This document shows, one piece after another, positions 1 to 9,661 of a DNA stretch of 57,167 nucleotides. Both the position numbers and the translations under genes were made by a program. Below the pieces are notes generated by a model. It was not told where the DNA came from and ran no database searches. It worked only from the letters and a program-made list of their open reading frames with translations. This DNA comes from Anaerolineae bacterium (GTDB taxonomy: Bacteria; Chloroflexota; Anaerolineae; Anaerolineales; E44-bin32), in assembly GCA_030598885.1 (NCBI GenBank), contig JAUVOZ010000001.1:1-57167 (forward strand). Direction: 5' to 3'. Position 1 is the first letter of the stretch. Each line of letters starts with the position of its first letter.

Positions 1-50
1 AGAGCCTTCTCCTTTCCTGCAATTGAGTTTTCCCACACAAATCATATGGC

Positions 51-437
51 ATGTTACTTGCAACTTTAGCATCCAGACTGATCAAAAACCTGGAGGTAAC
101 AATGATCCCCCTGTCGATGAATGATCTGCAGATAATAATTGCCGCCGCTGTCTTTGTTTTGGGATGTATGTGCATCATATTGGGCTCGCTTGTCCTGGTA
201 AACCGGGGCTATTCACGCGAAGTACGCGCGATCGCAGTCCACACAGCAAAACTCGGTCAAAAAGGTGTCGCCTCAGAAGTCACTGGTCTAGTGAATAGCG
301 CTTCTGAATTAGTAGCCTCTATCAACCAATTGGTTCGAACGGCAAACGGGATTGGAATGTTCCTTATCACACTTGGGTTGGCGATGCTTGTAGCCGCCTA
401 TTGGATCATCCAGCAAATTCAATTACCGTTGAGCTAA
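51..437 (+). CDS. hypothetical small membrane protein
   Basis: 128-aa ORF with two hydrophobic helices (IIIAAAVFVLGCMCIILGSLVLV; IGMFLITLGLAMLVAAYWII). No recognisable motif. The start is uncertain. Confidence 0.35.
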   Translation: MLLATLASRLIKNLEVTMIPLSMNDLQIIIAAAVFVLGCMCIILGSLVLVNRGYSREVRAIAVHTAKLGQKGVASEVTGLVNSASELVASINQLVRTANGIGMFLITLGLAMLVAAYWIIQQIQLPLS

Positions 438-454
438 CTGGAGTGAAATCCCAT

Positions 455-3400
455 ATGCTCTCAGACGCTGAAGTCCTCGCTACGTTAAGTGAGGTGCTCT
501 CGCCTGGCGAATTGGCACAGGCAATGGATCGGATTTTGCGCGTTCCCGAAGCCTGGAACCAGTTGCACGATCCAAACTTTCTTGAACTAGTGGGACGGGA
601 GAATGTTGCTTCTGCAACCGTGCCGGGTCACATGGCATTTATGGTCTTAGGAGTTCCCGACCAGGCTGATCACAACCATCCATTAACCGATTCTCATGAA
701 GTCCGTTTAGATCAGCTCTGGAAGGACGCTGTAGAGGGTTCGGCGGACGATCTTGATTTCGAATCCATCGCGTTGTTGACCATCGGGTTGCTGCGTGAAT
801 ACAACAATGAGAATGGAGCAGATGTTATCGCCCGGCTGGCTCTTGAAGAACCTGTGGTGTGGCGTACAATCCTCGCCTGCGCATGGCCTCATTTGTCCCA
901 ACCAGAACAACTGCTCTCCAACCTCATCCGAGAGGTGCGTTCAAGCAGCGTCACCCTAGCCGCTCACATCTTGCTCGCCAACGTCTCGCCAATAGATGCT
1001 GCTGAAACATTGTTCAACAGCTCTCCTCACACCTCAAATCAGGTCCTTCTAGCCCTTCAAGAAAATGGTGAGATTCCCCTTGCCGAGGCATATGCTGAAA
1101 CCACTAACGGCATTTCAGTAGATCCAAACGGAGATCTGACATCAGACTCGGTTATGAATCTACTTGCCTCTACCAGCCGTGACCTTCTCAGCGGAGACTT
1201 TGAGAATGCACACCAGAACTTGAATAAAGCATGGGAAACGGCGTCTCACACAACTGGCATAGTAGCCGATAAATTAGCTGAAATCGCCCTCCTGGAGGGT
1301 GACCCGGTGGTTGAGGTGGAAGCGAGACAGCAAGCTCTTCGATCCCACCCCACTCCGGTTCGCCATGCCTGGCTTGGTTTCGCCTTGCTACAACTTGACC
1401 ATCCAGAGGATGCATTGGCATCGCTACAACACGATCCAGACACCTTTGAAGAACTGATTGCAGTTGGATTGATCCTGTCTGAGTTGGGTGAAACGACTCA
1501 AGCTGCTAAATCATTTGATCAAGCTGTCCTCCAATTGCCAAACACCGCATATTGCAATGATCGTCTCCTTAAATATCTGCTCGATGGTCTGAAATCAATC
1601 GGTGAGGTTGAACAAGCTCTTCGTGTTGCTCGTTTTCGTGTCAATTGCCGACCAACCAATATCGAGTGCCTGATCGATCTCTCTCAAATGCTTGCTTTGG
1701 CTGGTGATCCACAGATAGCCGCGGAACAAGCCCATCTCGCATTAGTATTAGACCCAAACTCGACCTCTGCCCGGTTTGCATTAGCTCTTAGCCTGCAGGC
1801 AGATGGCCGTCCCGAAGCCGCCTTACCTCATTGGCAAACCCTGGTCGCAACAGAACCGGAGGCGCTTACCAACCTTGCCATGTGCGCACTGGATGCTGGA
1901 CAAATGGATCTGGCTCGGGAAACGGCACAGAATCTTCTTCAAGCCGACCAGGATTCGCTCCAAGGCCAAATCGTGCTCGGTAAAGTGCTTACCGCCTTAG
2001 GCGATTACGAAAATGCACGCGGTCATCTTGATAAGGCCATCCAAATAGCGCCGCAATCACCAGATCCCTGGATTGCACTGGCTGAGTTTCAGATGACCTC
2101 AGGTGACGACCAAGCTGCCGGTGCTACGCTATCCGCTGGGACCCAAGCTGCACCCAATTATGGAAGTCTACATATAGCGTTGTCGCGCTGGCTGAGAAAT
2201 CAACGACGCCTGAGCGATGCGCTCGAAGCGGCTAAGGAAGCGACCAAACTGGATCAAAACCAAGCACAGTGGTTGATCGAGTATGGAGACCTTCTTCGAG
2301 AATTAGGCCATCACGACCGCGCACTTTTAGCATTGCGCAAGGCTTTAACCCGTCAGCCTGCTAATTGGAACGCTCGCCAAGCTTTGGCACTAACTTATGA
2401 ACAGCGTGGCGAGGTAGCCTCCGCTGCCCGTCTATTAAAGACCCTTCCCGCGGATGCCTCACCTGAAACTCATTTTCTCGCCGGAAGAATATTGGCTAAA
2501 TCTGACAAACAGGGCGGGCATTTTCAGTTACCCGATATTGTGACCCACCTTGAGCAAGCTAGATCAGGCGGCTGCCAGGACTCCTCGATCGACTATTGGC
2601 TTGGTCTAGCCCACGAACACGCCGGTCAATCCGATGAAGCTTTTCAAGCCTACCAAAATTACATGCAGAATGTTCCTGAAGAAAATCAGGATCTCCGTCG
2701 CGAGGCTGTTCTTGGATTTGCTCGATCTGCCTTAGCCACTGATTTGGTTTCACTGGCCCTCTCCACACTGGAAGATGAGCGCAAACGCTACCCTGCTTCA
2801 ACCGAGATACTTGTGTTGTTGTCAGAGGCATATCTTGAAGCGGATTTACCAGAACAAGCCCTTCGTACTGTCCGCCAGGCTGCAGACCTTGATCCCACAT
2901 CCGAAGAGATCCTGCGTAAGTTAAGCCGGGCTGCAACTGAGACTGGCGACATCACCGAAGCAATAGAGGCCGTCAAACGATTGGTGGACATGCACCAGGA
3001 GGATGTAATCGCTTGGCTAGAACTTGCCGAGCTTTCCCAGAAAGCCGGAAAGAGTATCGCCTCCCGGAACGCACTCGCTCAATCTCTCCGCTGGGGACGG
3101 CGTCAGCCTAACACACTACTGCGAGCAGCTGAAGTCCTTCTTGATATGAACGAAGCAACTACCGCTCAACGCATGCTTCGACAAGCCTCTATCCTGCAAC
3201 CCGAGGATCCCGCAATCCACCAAAAAATAGCTGTCCTTAGCGAACAACTTGGGGACTTGGAGACTGCCCAACAGGCCTGGCGACGCTGCTCAGAGTTACA
3301 ACCGGAGAATCACCACCCGCTCGATCATGCCGCCCAAGCCCTTTGGGAATTGAATCGCCATTCAGCAGCCATCGGACTTTGGCAGCGTGCTGCAGCGCTT

Positions 3401-5599
3401 TGTCCTGAGGATGGAATAATTCAAAAGAAGCTAGCTCAATCATATCTGGCGAACGGGGAAACAGATCGAGGTCTAAACCATTATGCCTCAGCAATTGAAC
3501 TAATCACCGATGATGCCGACCTCACTCTCGAAGCCGGTATAGCCATTATGCGACATGGATCACCACAGGAGGCGCTGGAATTATTACACAGAGCCGTGCA
3601 TCTAGCTCCAGGTAAGAATGAACCATTCATCGTTCTAGGGGAATGCCTCCTGAGCCTCGATCAGCCCAGCGAAGCCCGGGAGATCTTAATCCAATGCGAC
3701 AACCCCCCGCAACAGGCATATGCTCTGCTTGCGCTCGCTGAGCTGGGTATGGACGATCTCTCATCTGCCAAGGCAATGCTAAATTCGGCCAAAGCGATTA
3801 ATCCCCAATCCCGAGAGGATGCTATCTGGCTCTCAAGAGCAGCTCTACGGATGGGATTATGGCAGCAGGCGGTTAAATCACTTGAAGAATGGCATGCATT
3901 TGAAGATGACGTTTCGATATCCCTCGAGCTAATTCAACTAAGGTTACGCCTTCTGGATGCTCACTGGCTCTATGCCATTGCCGCGGATGCTCACCGACAT
4001 GCGCCTGATCCTGTCTATACAACTGATCAAGCTCGTCAGACCATCCGGACATTGATCGAATCCTGTCGCCAGAAAGATGCTCCCCAGGCTGCACTAGATA
4101 GGCTGCTACTCTGGTCGTCAATATCTGAAGCGAATACTGATGACGAAGCTCTTCAAGCGCTGAAGGCGACAACCCAAGATTGTTCTTCACCGGAGATTAT
4201 CCAGTCACTCGCCATTGCATTCCTTCGCCAAAATCATCCAGACGACGCCGAGAAGATACTCTGGCCCTACAATGATGCTTTAAACTCTGACGCCTGGGGT
4301 GCAATCCTTCTTGGATTGACCCACACAGCTAAAGAGCAACATACGCAGGCGCGCCACGCTTATCAAAAAGCCGCTCGCAATCCTACCATACGACCACTCA
4401 CTTCCCTTCTTATCGCTCGCTCCTGGCTGGCAGAGGGCCAAGTGAAGAAAGCTGCAGACAACTTCAACGCAGCAATCGCGTCGTGGCCGATCGAGTCCGC
4501 CTGGCATTACCAGCTTGCCTCCCTTTATCTAGAAGAGGGTGAACTTGACGCCGCCGTTCCTCATCTCCAGCAATCAGTTGAGTTGGAGCCAGATCAACCC
4601 GATTATCTCCTCGCCTATGCTCGGGCGTTAGGTAAAACGAGTCAACTATCTGAAGCCGAGAAGATCTACTCTCGTATCCTCGAGGCGAAGCCGGCGATTG
4701 GTCAGATATGGAAAGAAGCCGGGCAGATCTCCTTGGCATTAGGGCATGCCGAGCAAGCAGATGTGTGGTTCGAACGCGCCTGCACCCTATTGCCATCTGA
4801 TGTCCATTGTCTTATTGGCTCCGCTCGCACAGCGATGGCGCTCGGTCAACATCGACAGTCGTCAGAGCGGGCAAAGGCAGCGCTGCGTTTAGCCCCAGAC
4901 GACTACGAAGTCTTGCTCGGCATGGGCGAGATCTTCGCCGCCCAAAGTAAATACGAAAAGGCTCTTCAGGCTTATGACCAGGCATTAAAGCACACAAACA
5001 ACCCCCTCAGCGTTCAGCTAGCAAGTTGCAAGCTGCTGGTCAAGATCGGACGTGCCAACGAGGCCATTGCAGCCTTACATAATGTCCTGGAAGCGAATCC
5101 TGATGACCAGCGTGCGTGGTCTGCACTCGCCGAAGCCTGCGAGGCTTCCAATCAACTGGAGCAAGCGCTCGATGCTGCCACCCAGGCGGTTCGTCTCTCC
5201 CCTCGTAACCCGTCTTATCGTTTACGTTTAGGACGTCTTTGTCGCAAGAGTGGTCAATTAGATCGGGCTTTAGATGAACTAGCTCATGTCCAATCAACCG
5301 ATCTATATGACAGCCATTTTGCCTTAGAGTTGGGTCTAATTTATGAAGCCCGACGAGAAACAAAGCAGGCCCTGGAAGCCTACAAACAAGCTATCTCCCT
5401 TGATCCCAACTGTGGCCAGGCGCACTTCCGTGCTGGTTTGATACTGAAACGACAGAAGAACTATCTTCAAGCATCCAGCATGATTGAACGAGCCGTTGAG
5501 CTCAACCCTAGAGATCCCGATTTCTTGCACCAGTTGGCTGCTGTGCGCGCGCTGGAATTGATTCACGGTGGAACTTTAATATCGGCGGTGTCCTCATGA
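455..5599 (+). CDS. giant tetratricopeptide-repeat (TPR) protein, about 1700 aa
   Basis: The long ORF is built of repeated 34-residue Ala/Leu/Tyr-rich units with the typical TPR pattern (e.g. AYQKAARNP, ALEAYKQAISLDPN, AHFRAGLIL). I chose the ATG at 455, preceded by GGAGTGA and downstream of the previous stop at 437; the ORF is open from 401. Confidence 0.8.
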   Translation: MLSDAEVLATLSEVLSPGELAQAMDRILRVPEAWNQLHDPNFLELVGRENVASATVPGHMAFMVLGVPDQADHNHPLTDSHEVRLDQLWKDAVEGSADDLDFESIALLTIGLLREYNNENGADVIARLALEEPVVWRTILACAWPHLSQPEQLLSNLIREVRSSSVTLAAHILLANVSPIDAAETLFNSSPHTSNQVLLALQENGEIPLAEAYAETTNGISVDPNGDLTSDSVMNLLASTSRDLLSGDFENAHQNLNKAWETASHTTGIVADKLAEIALLEGDPVVEVEARQQALRSHPTPVRHAWLGFALLQLDHPEDALASLQHDPDTFEELIAVGLILSELGETTQAAKSFDQAVLQLPNTAYCNDRLLKYLLDGLKSIGEVEQALRVARFRVNCRPTNIECLIDLSQMLALAGDPQIAAEQAHLALVLDPNSTSARFALALSLQADGRPEAALPHWQTLVATEPEALTNLAMCALDAGQMDLARETAQNLLQADQDSLQGQIVLGKVLTALGDYENARGHLDKAIQIAPQSPDPWIALAEFQMTSGDDQAAGATLSAGTQAAPNYGSLHIALSRWLRNQRRLSDALEAAKEATKLDQNQAQWLIEYGDLLRELGHHDRALLALRKALTRQPANWNARQALALTYEQRGEVASAARLLKTLPADASPETHFLAGRILAKSDKQGGHFQLPDIVTHLEQARSGGCQDSSIDYWLGLAHEHAGQSDEAFQAYQNYMQNVPEENQDLRREAVLGFARSALATDLVSLALSTLEDERKRYPASTEILVLLSEAYLEADLPEQALRTVRQAADLDPTSEEILRKLSRAATETGDITEAIEAVKRLVDMHQEDVIAWLELAELSQKAGKSIASRNALAQSLRWGRRQPNTLLRAAEVLLDMNEATTAQRMLRQASILQPEDPAIHQKIAVLSEQLGDLETAQQAWRRCSELQPENHHPLDHAAQALWELNRHSAAIGLWQRAAALCPEDGIIQKKLAQSYLANGETDRGLNHYASAIELITDDADLTLEAGIAIMRHGSPQEALELLHRAVHLAPGKNEPFIVLGECLLSLDQPSEAREILIQCDNPPQQAYALLALAELGMDDLSSAKAMLNSAKAINPQSREDAIWLSRAALRMGLWQQAVKSLEEWHAFEDDVSISLELIQLRLRLLDAHWLYAIAADAHRHAPDPVYTTDQARQTIRTLIESCRQKDAPQAALDRLLLWSSISEANTDDEALQALKATTQDCSSPEIIQSLAIAFLRQNHPDDAEKILWPYNDALNSDAWGAILLGLTHTAKEQHTQARHAYQKAARNPTIRPLTSLLIARSWLAEGQVKKAADNFNAAIASWPIESAWHYQLASLYLEEGELDAAVPHLQQSVELEPDQPDYLLAYARALGKTSQLSEAEKIYSRILEAKPAIGQIWKEAGQISLALGHAEQADVWFERACTLLPSDVHCLIGSARTAMALGQHRQSSERAKAALRLAPDDYEVLLGMGEIFAAQSKYEKALQAYDQALKHTNNPLSVQLASCKLLVKIGRANEAIAALHNVLEANPDDQRAWSALAEACEASNQLEQALDAATQAVRLSPRNPSYRLRLGRLCRKSGQLDRALDELAHVQSTDLYDSHFALELGLIYEARRETKQALEAYKQAISLDPNCGQAHFRAGLILKRQKNYLQASSMIERAVELNPRDPDFLHQLAAVRALELIHGGTLISAVSS

Positions 5600-8295
5600 T
5601 TAATCGCGACAACATCATCAAATTAATCCAAGCTGCAAGGCTGGCAAACCGGCACGATTTCGCTAGTGCCGCAGCCGCAGATTGGCTCGCTTTGTGGCCG
5701 GGTGATCTTGAAGTTCAATTCATTATCGCTCAAACTGAAATGGATCAACTTCATCACCAACCCGCAATACAACGTTTGATTGATGTAGTAACCGCAGATC
5801 CCGAGTATGTGGAAGCATACGATCTCCTCTCTGCTGCTCTCCACGCTGCTGGTGAGCCGACGCGGGCTCGAATCTATGCAGCATGTGCCGAGACATTTCG
5901 AGGTGCAGAACTCAATAAGGGGCAGTACCCGTCTTGGGCGATCCATCTCAATAAAGCATTATCTGCTCTCAACTCTGATGCTCCTAAGATAGCCACATCT
6001 GAATCCCAGAAAGCGCTAACTGCAGATCCTGATCTACCTCTGATCGCGCTAGTGGCAATGAGAGCACAATTAGCTGCCGGCGATCGTCCTGCTGCATTAA
6101 TGCTCGCGCGGACAGGCCACGACCGATGGCCAGAGTGTCTGGCTTTCCGTTTACTCTTAGCTGATGAGTTCCTCTCACAAGGTGAAGTTCGACGTGGGGT
6201 TGAATATTTCCATCAAGCCGCTAGTGACGATCCTACTGGCCGGGTGACTGATCGCATTCTAGGGCCGTCCCATCCCTATCGTAGCCTATGGCCAACCCAA
6301 TTGAAAACTCATCTCAATCGACCGGTGCCGGCCATTGTTGCCGCTGTTCTTGGCGATAATCGTTTGGCCAGCGGGAGTTTAGGTCACGTTGAGGTAACGA
6401 CATCTTGTGGCAGTGAGCAACCTAAAGTAAGTCAGGATGCTCCCCAGGTGAAAAAGGCGGAAAAGGAACCTACAACCGCATATAAGAAACCTGAGGAAAC
6501 CAGCCTTGATATCGGAGTACCACCATTAAATACGGACGATTCCCTGCCTGTGCCTGAGCCGTGGGAATCCTTTCAGGGTCCTGATCCTGGGGATGATGTA
6601 TTACCTGAACACGACCAGGATGATGAGACGCTACTCGAGATCGAGCGGGATTTCAACCGCTTAGCCGCGCGAGTAAATCCTCGCCAACGTTATCGCGATG
6701 AAGATAAGCGGGTTCCGGCTTACATCATCCTATCAAGCCATACTCGGCTCATACAGGCTTTTGGTGATGATTGCTTCCAACGTATAGACCAGGCAATCAT
6801 GTCCCTGGTCGAATCAGTACGCCGCCGATCAGGATGGACAGCATATCGCCTGTACATCGACGATCCTAATACTTTCGAACCATTTGGCTTATCACCTGCT
6901 GATCCTGCCAATGCATGGCAGATTAAACTACGCCTGGCAGATCTAGATCAAGCCCTCGGTCGTCGTGGCGAAATGATTGGTGCACTTCTCATCGTTGGAG
7001 GGGATCGCATCGTTCCGTTTCATTTGCTCCCCAACCCAACTGATGACGATGATGAAATTATCCCTTCAGATAACCCTTACGCTACTACTGATGAAAACTA
7101 TTTTATACCTGAGTGGGCAATCGGTCGTTTACCCTCAGCCGATGATCCTGACTTTCTCGTTCGTCTGCTTCGATCATATGCTGACGAACATCGCGTTTCG
7201 GTGAAAGCCCTCAACCCGCTTTTACGCTTCCGTATATGGCTTGCGACCAAATTTGGCAGGCTTTTCCGCCACACTCCGCGGACGCTTGGCTATAGCGCTA
7301 GTATTTGGCGAAAGGCTTCACTGGCAGTCTACAAGGTTATCGGCGATCCGGGTTCCATGCTGACTTCACCCCCAACAGAAGCTGATCGTCTTCCCCCGAT
7401 AGCAACTCGGCCAGCTAAGTTTTCCTATTTCAACTTGCATGGCCTTGAAGATGCCCCTGAATGGTTTGGCCAAAAAGACCCTGTGTATGATGAAGGTACA
7501 GGACCAGAATTCCCTATTGCCATACGCCCACAGGATGTTGTGAACAACAACAATGCGCCAAAAATCATCTTCACCGAAGCTTGTTATGGGGCTAATATCC
7601 TCGGTAAGACCAGCCAATCTTCCCTCTGTCTTAAATTCCTAGACGCCGGAAGCCGAGCTGTCATTGGCTCGACGAAAATCTCTTATGGTTCTTTAACCAC
7701 CCCCTTGATCGCAGCCGACTTGCTCGGTCGTCTGTTCTGGGAGTATCTCAATCAGCCTCTTCCAGTAGGAGAGGCTTTACGTCGAGCGAAGCTCAAGCTA
7801 GCGGCCGATATGCACCGACGCCAGGGATTTCTCGACGGCGAAGACCAAAAAACGCTAATTTCATTTGTATTGTACGGAGACCCGCTTCATTGTCCAACCT
7901 TTGTCAACGACCGCCCTGGCCAGAAGATGATCATCCGGCGAACTACCCGCCCAGAGCATCTAAAGACAGTCTGCTCACTTGGTGGATCATGCATAGATAC
8001 TGACACCCTCGATCCAGCCGATCTCAAGCGGGTTAAGGCTATCGTTTCTCAGTACCTCCCAGGCATGGCTGATGCTCAATGCCATATCCACCATCAACAT
8101 CATGGATGTAATGGTAGTGACCATCTCTGCCCTACATATCAGCTTGGGATCAAAAACTTTGATGCTAAAGGTAGAGATAATCTAGTAGTTACTTTTTCAA
8201 AACATGTTCGCGACGGGGCTCTACAGCACCCTCACTTCGCCCGATTAACCTTGGATCCCACAGGCAAGGTACTTAAATTAGCTGTTTCTCGGTAG
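5596..8295 (+). CDS. TPR-CHAT protein: N-terminal TPR-like helical repeats with a C-terminal CHAT/caspase-like peptidase domain
   Basis: The start overlaps the upstream TPR gene stop (ATGA). The C-terminal half has a caspase/CHAT-like dyad: SYFNLHGLED (His), then about 44 aa on, IIFTEACYGAN (Cys). An acidic/Pro-rich linker separates it from the N-terminal helical repeats. Confidence 0.65.
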   Translation: MINRDNIIKLIQAARLANRHDFASAAAADWLALWPGDLEVQFIIAQTEMDQLHHQPAIQRLIDVVTADPEYVEAYDLLSAALHAAGEPTRARIYAACAETFRGAELNKGQYPSWAIHLNKALSALNSDAPKIATSESQKALTADPDLPLIALVAMRAQLAAGDRPAALMLARTGHDRWPECLAFRLLLADEFLSQGEVRRGVEYFHQAASDDPTGRVTDRILGPSHPYRSLWPTQLKTHLNRPVPAIVAAVLGDNRLASGSLGHVEVTTSCGSEQPKVSQDAPQVKKAEKEPTTAYKKPEETSLDIGVPPLNTDDSLPVPEPWESFQGPDPGDDVLPEHDQDDETLLEIERDFNRLAARVNPRQRYRDEDKRVPAYIILSSHTRLIQAFGDDCFQRIDQAIMSLVESVRRRSGWTAYRLYIDDPNTFEPFGLSPADPANAWQIKLRLADLDQALGRRGEMIGALLIVGGDRIVPFHLLPNPTDDDDEIIPSDNPYATTDENYFIPEWAIGRLPSADDPDFLVRLLRSYADEHRVSVKALNPLLRFRIWLATKFGRLFRHTPRTLGYSASIWRKASLAVYKVIGDPGSMLTSPPTEADRLPPIATRPAKFSYFNLHGLEDAPEWFGQKDPVYDEGTGPEFPIAIRPQDVVNNNNAPKIIFTEACYGANILGKTSQSSLCLKFLDAGSRAVIGSTKISYGSLTTPLIAADLLGRLFWEYLNQPLPVGEALRRAKLKLAADMHRRQGFLDGEDQKTLISFVLYGDPLHCPTFVNDRPGQKMIIRRTTRPEHLKTVCSLGGSCIDTDTLDPADLKRVKAIVSQYLPGMADAQCHIHHQHHGCNGSDHLCPTYQLGIKNFDAKGRDNLVVTFSKHVRDGALQHPHFARLTLDPTGKVLKLAVSR

Positions 8296-8350
8296 GGATT
8301 CTTTGGCACCGATCTTGCATACTTGATGAGTAAAGAGGAAAACCAATCAA

Positions 8351-9661
8351 ATGCCTTCACTGAACAGTCGACTCGGTTTCTATTATTCTCCAGACGATCA
8401 GCACTACACTCAGCTAGATCTTGACACCTGGTTGCCTGTTTTAGGATCTTTAGGAGCTCGCTGGCTAACTTTACAGGCATCTCCTGACCGCGCCATCCCA
8501 GAAACATTCATCCGAGGTTTGCTGGACGCACAAATCGAACCCATCATCCACATCCCTTGTACCGTAGGGAGCGTGTCAGCTACGGACTTAACCCCTCTGC
8601 TGAATAGCTACGCTCGTTGGGGTGTTCACTACGTGGTCGTCCTTGATCGACCTAATATTAGATGCAACTGGGAGACATCTGATTGGGGTAAAACAGGGTT
8701 GATTGAACGCTTTGTTGACTATATTTTGCCGATTCTGGAGGCTCAACAATCCACTGGACTTCAGCCTGTCCTACCTCCACTCGAGCCGGGAGGGGACTAC
8801 TGGGATACAGCTTTCCTTGAAGCGGTTCTCGAATCATTACTCCGGCGAGGTAAACAGGATCTTCTCCAAGAACTTACTCTCGCTATTTACGTATGGACCT
8901 ATGGCAAACCGATTGATTGGGGCGTCGGGGGTTTCAACCGTTGGTCAGAAGCGCGGCCGTACCATACACCACATGGTTGCCAGGATCAATTAGGTTTCCA
9001 CATTTATGAGTGGTACTCAGAGATTGCAGAAAGAATAGTGCAAACCTCGCTGCCGATGCTGATCATTGCCGGTGGAGAATTACCCTCCTTAGAGGCTGTC
9101 AGCCTCGGATCAGACCCTCACACCGAGCAGAATCTCTCCATAGCCCGCTCCCTCTCCAATGATGAGGTTCCAGATTTCGTTTTAAATTTCGCCTTTTATC
9201 ACCTTACATCAACACCTGACCTATCTGATCACCATTCAGCCTGGTACCCGTCTGTCGATCAACCGTTACCAGTTGTAGCTGCCTTCAATCAATTATCAAA
9301 TCTAGTGATCAAAAAACCCATAGTGTCGGATGAAAAACCTATCCAACACTATCTCCTGTTACCCCCGCGGTCTACCACTGATTACAGCCATAACTGGAGT
9401 GCGATTGGTCCGTTCGTCCTCGCAGTTCAACCAGTGGTTGGCTTTTCACCTCAGGAAGCACGCCTGGCAAAACGGGTCACACTTTTTGGAGATGAGCAGG
9501 TAATTCCCCAGAATGTTGAAGAGGAACTTCGAGACGCTGGATGTAACGTAAAACGCTTTACCGGTGTGGCGAGTCAAAAATACTTCGCCAGTAAAAGTCC
9601 CACCATGTCTACTGCTCAGCCTGACACTTACTTCTCTAACCCAGGAGAAAACAATGACTAA
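8351..9661 (+). CDS. hypothetical protein (436 aa), no recognised domain; stop overlaps ftsZ start
   Basis: Complete ORF in the same orientation as ftsZ. Its last codons overlap the FtsZ ATG at 9654. It has no actin-fold phosphate motifs, so it is not FtsA. It may be a TIM-barrel-like enzyme, but I could not assign one. Confidence 0.6.
   Translation: MPSLNSRLGFYYSPDDQHYTQLDLDTWLPVLGSLGARWLTLQASPDRAIPETFIRGLLDAQIEPIIHIPCTVGSVSATDLTPLLNSYARWGVHYVVVLDRPNIRCNWETSDWGKTGLIERFVDYILPILEAQQSTGLQPVLPPLEPGGDYWDTAFLEAVLESLLRRGKQDLLQELTLAIYVWTYGKPIDWGVGGFNRWSEARPYHTPHGCQDQLGFHIYEWYSEIAERIVQTSLPMLIIAGGELPSLEAVSLGSDPHTEQNLSIARSLSNDEVPDFVLNFAFYHLTSTPDLSDHHSAWYPSVDQPLPVVAAFNQLSNLVIKKPIVSDEKPIQHYLLLPPRSTTDYSHNWSAIGPFVLAVQPVVGFSPQEARLAKRVTLFGDEQVIPQNVEEELRDAGCNVKRFTGVASQKYFASKSPTMSTAQPDTYFSNPGENND

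Noticed and set aside
707-5566. Numerous 60-125 aa minus-strand ORFs inside the giant TPR gene
   Set aside because: All are shadow ORFs of a long, repeat-rich coding region. The TPR reading frame is continuous and internally consistent.
455-5599. Possibility that the repetitive DNA of the TPR gene is a CRISPR array or tandem-repeat element
   Set aside because: The repeats are at protein level (34-aa units with divergent DNA). There are no short identical direct repeats with unique spacers.
8351-9661. Calling the gene upstream of ftsZ as ftsA
   Set aside because: It lacks the actin/Hsp70 phosphate-1 (DIGT) and phosphate-2 (DxGGGTTD) motifs and any amphipathic C-terminal helix. Its positional equivalence to ftsA is not a homology call.
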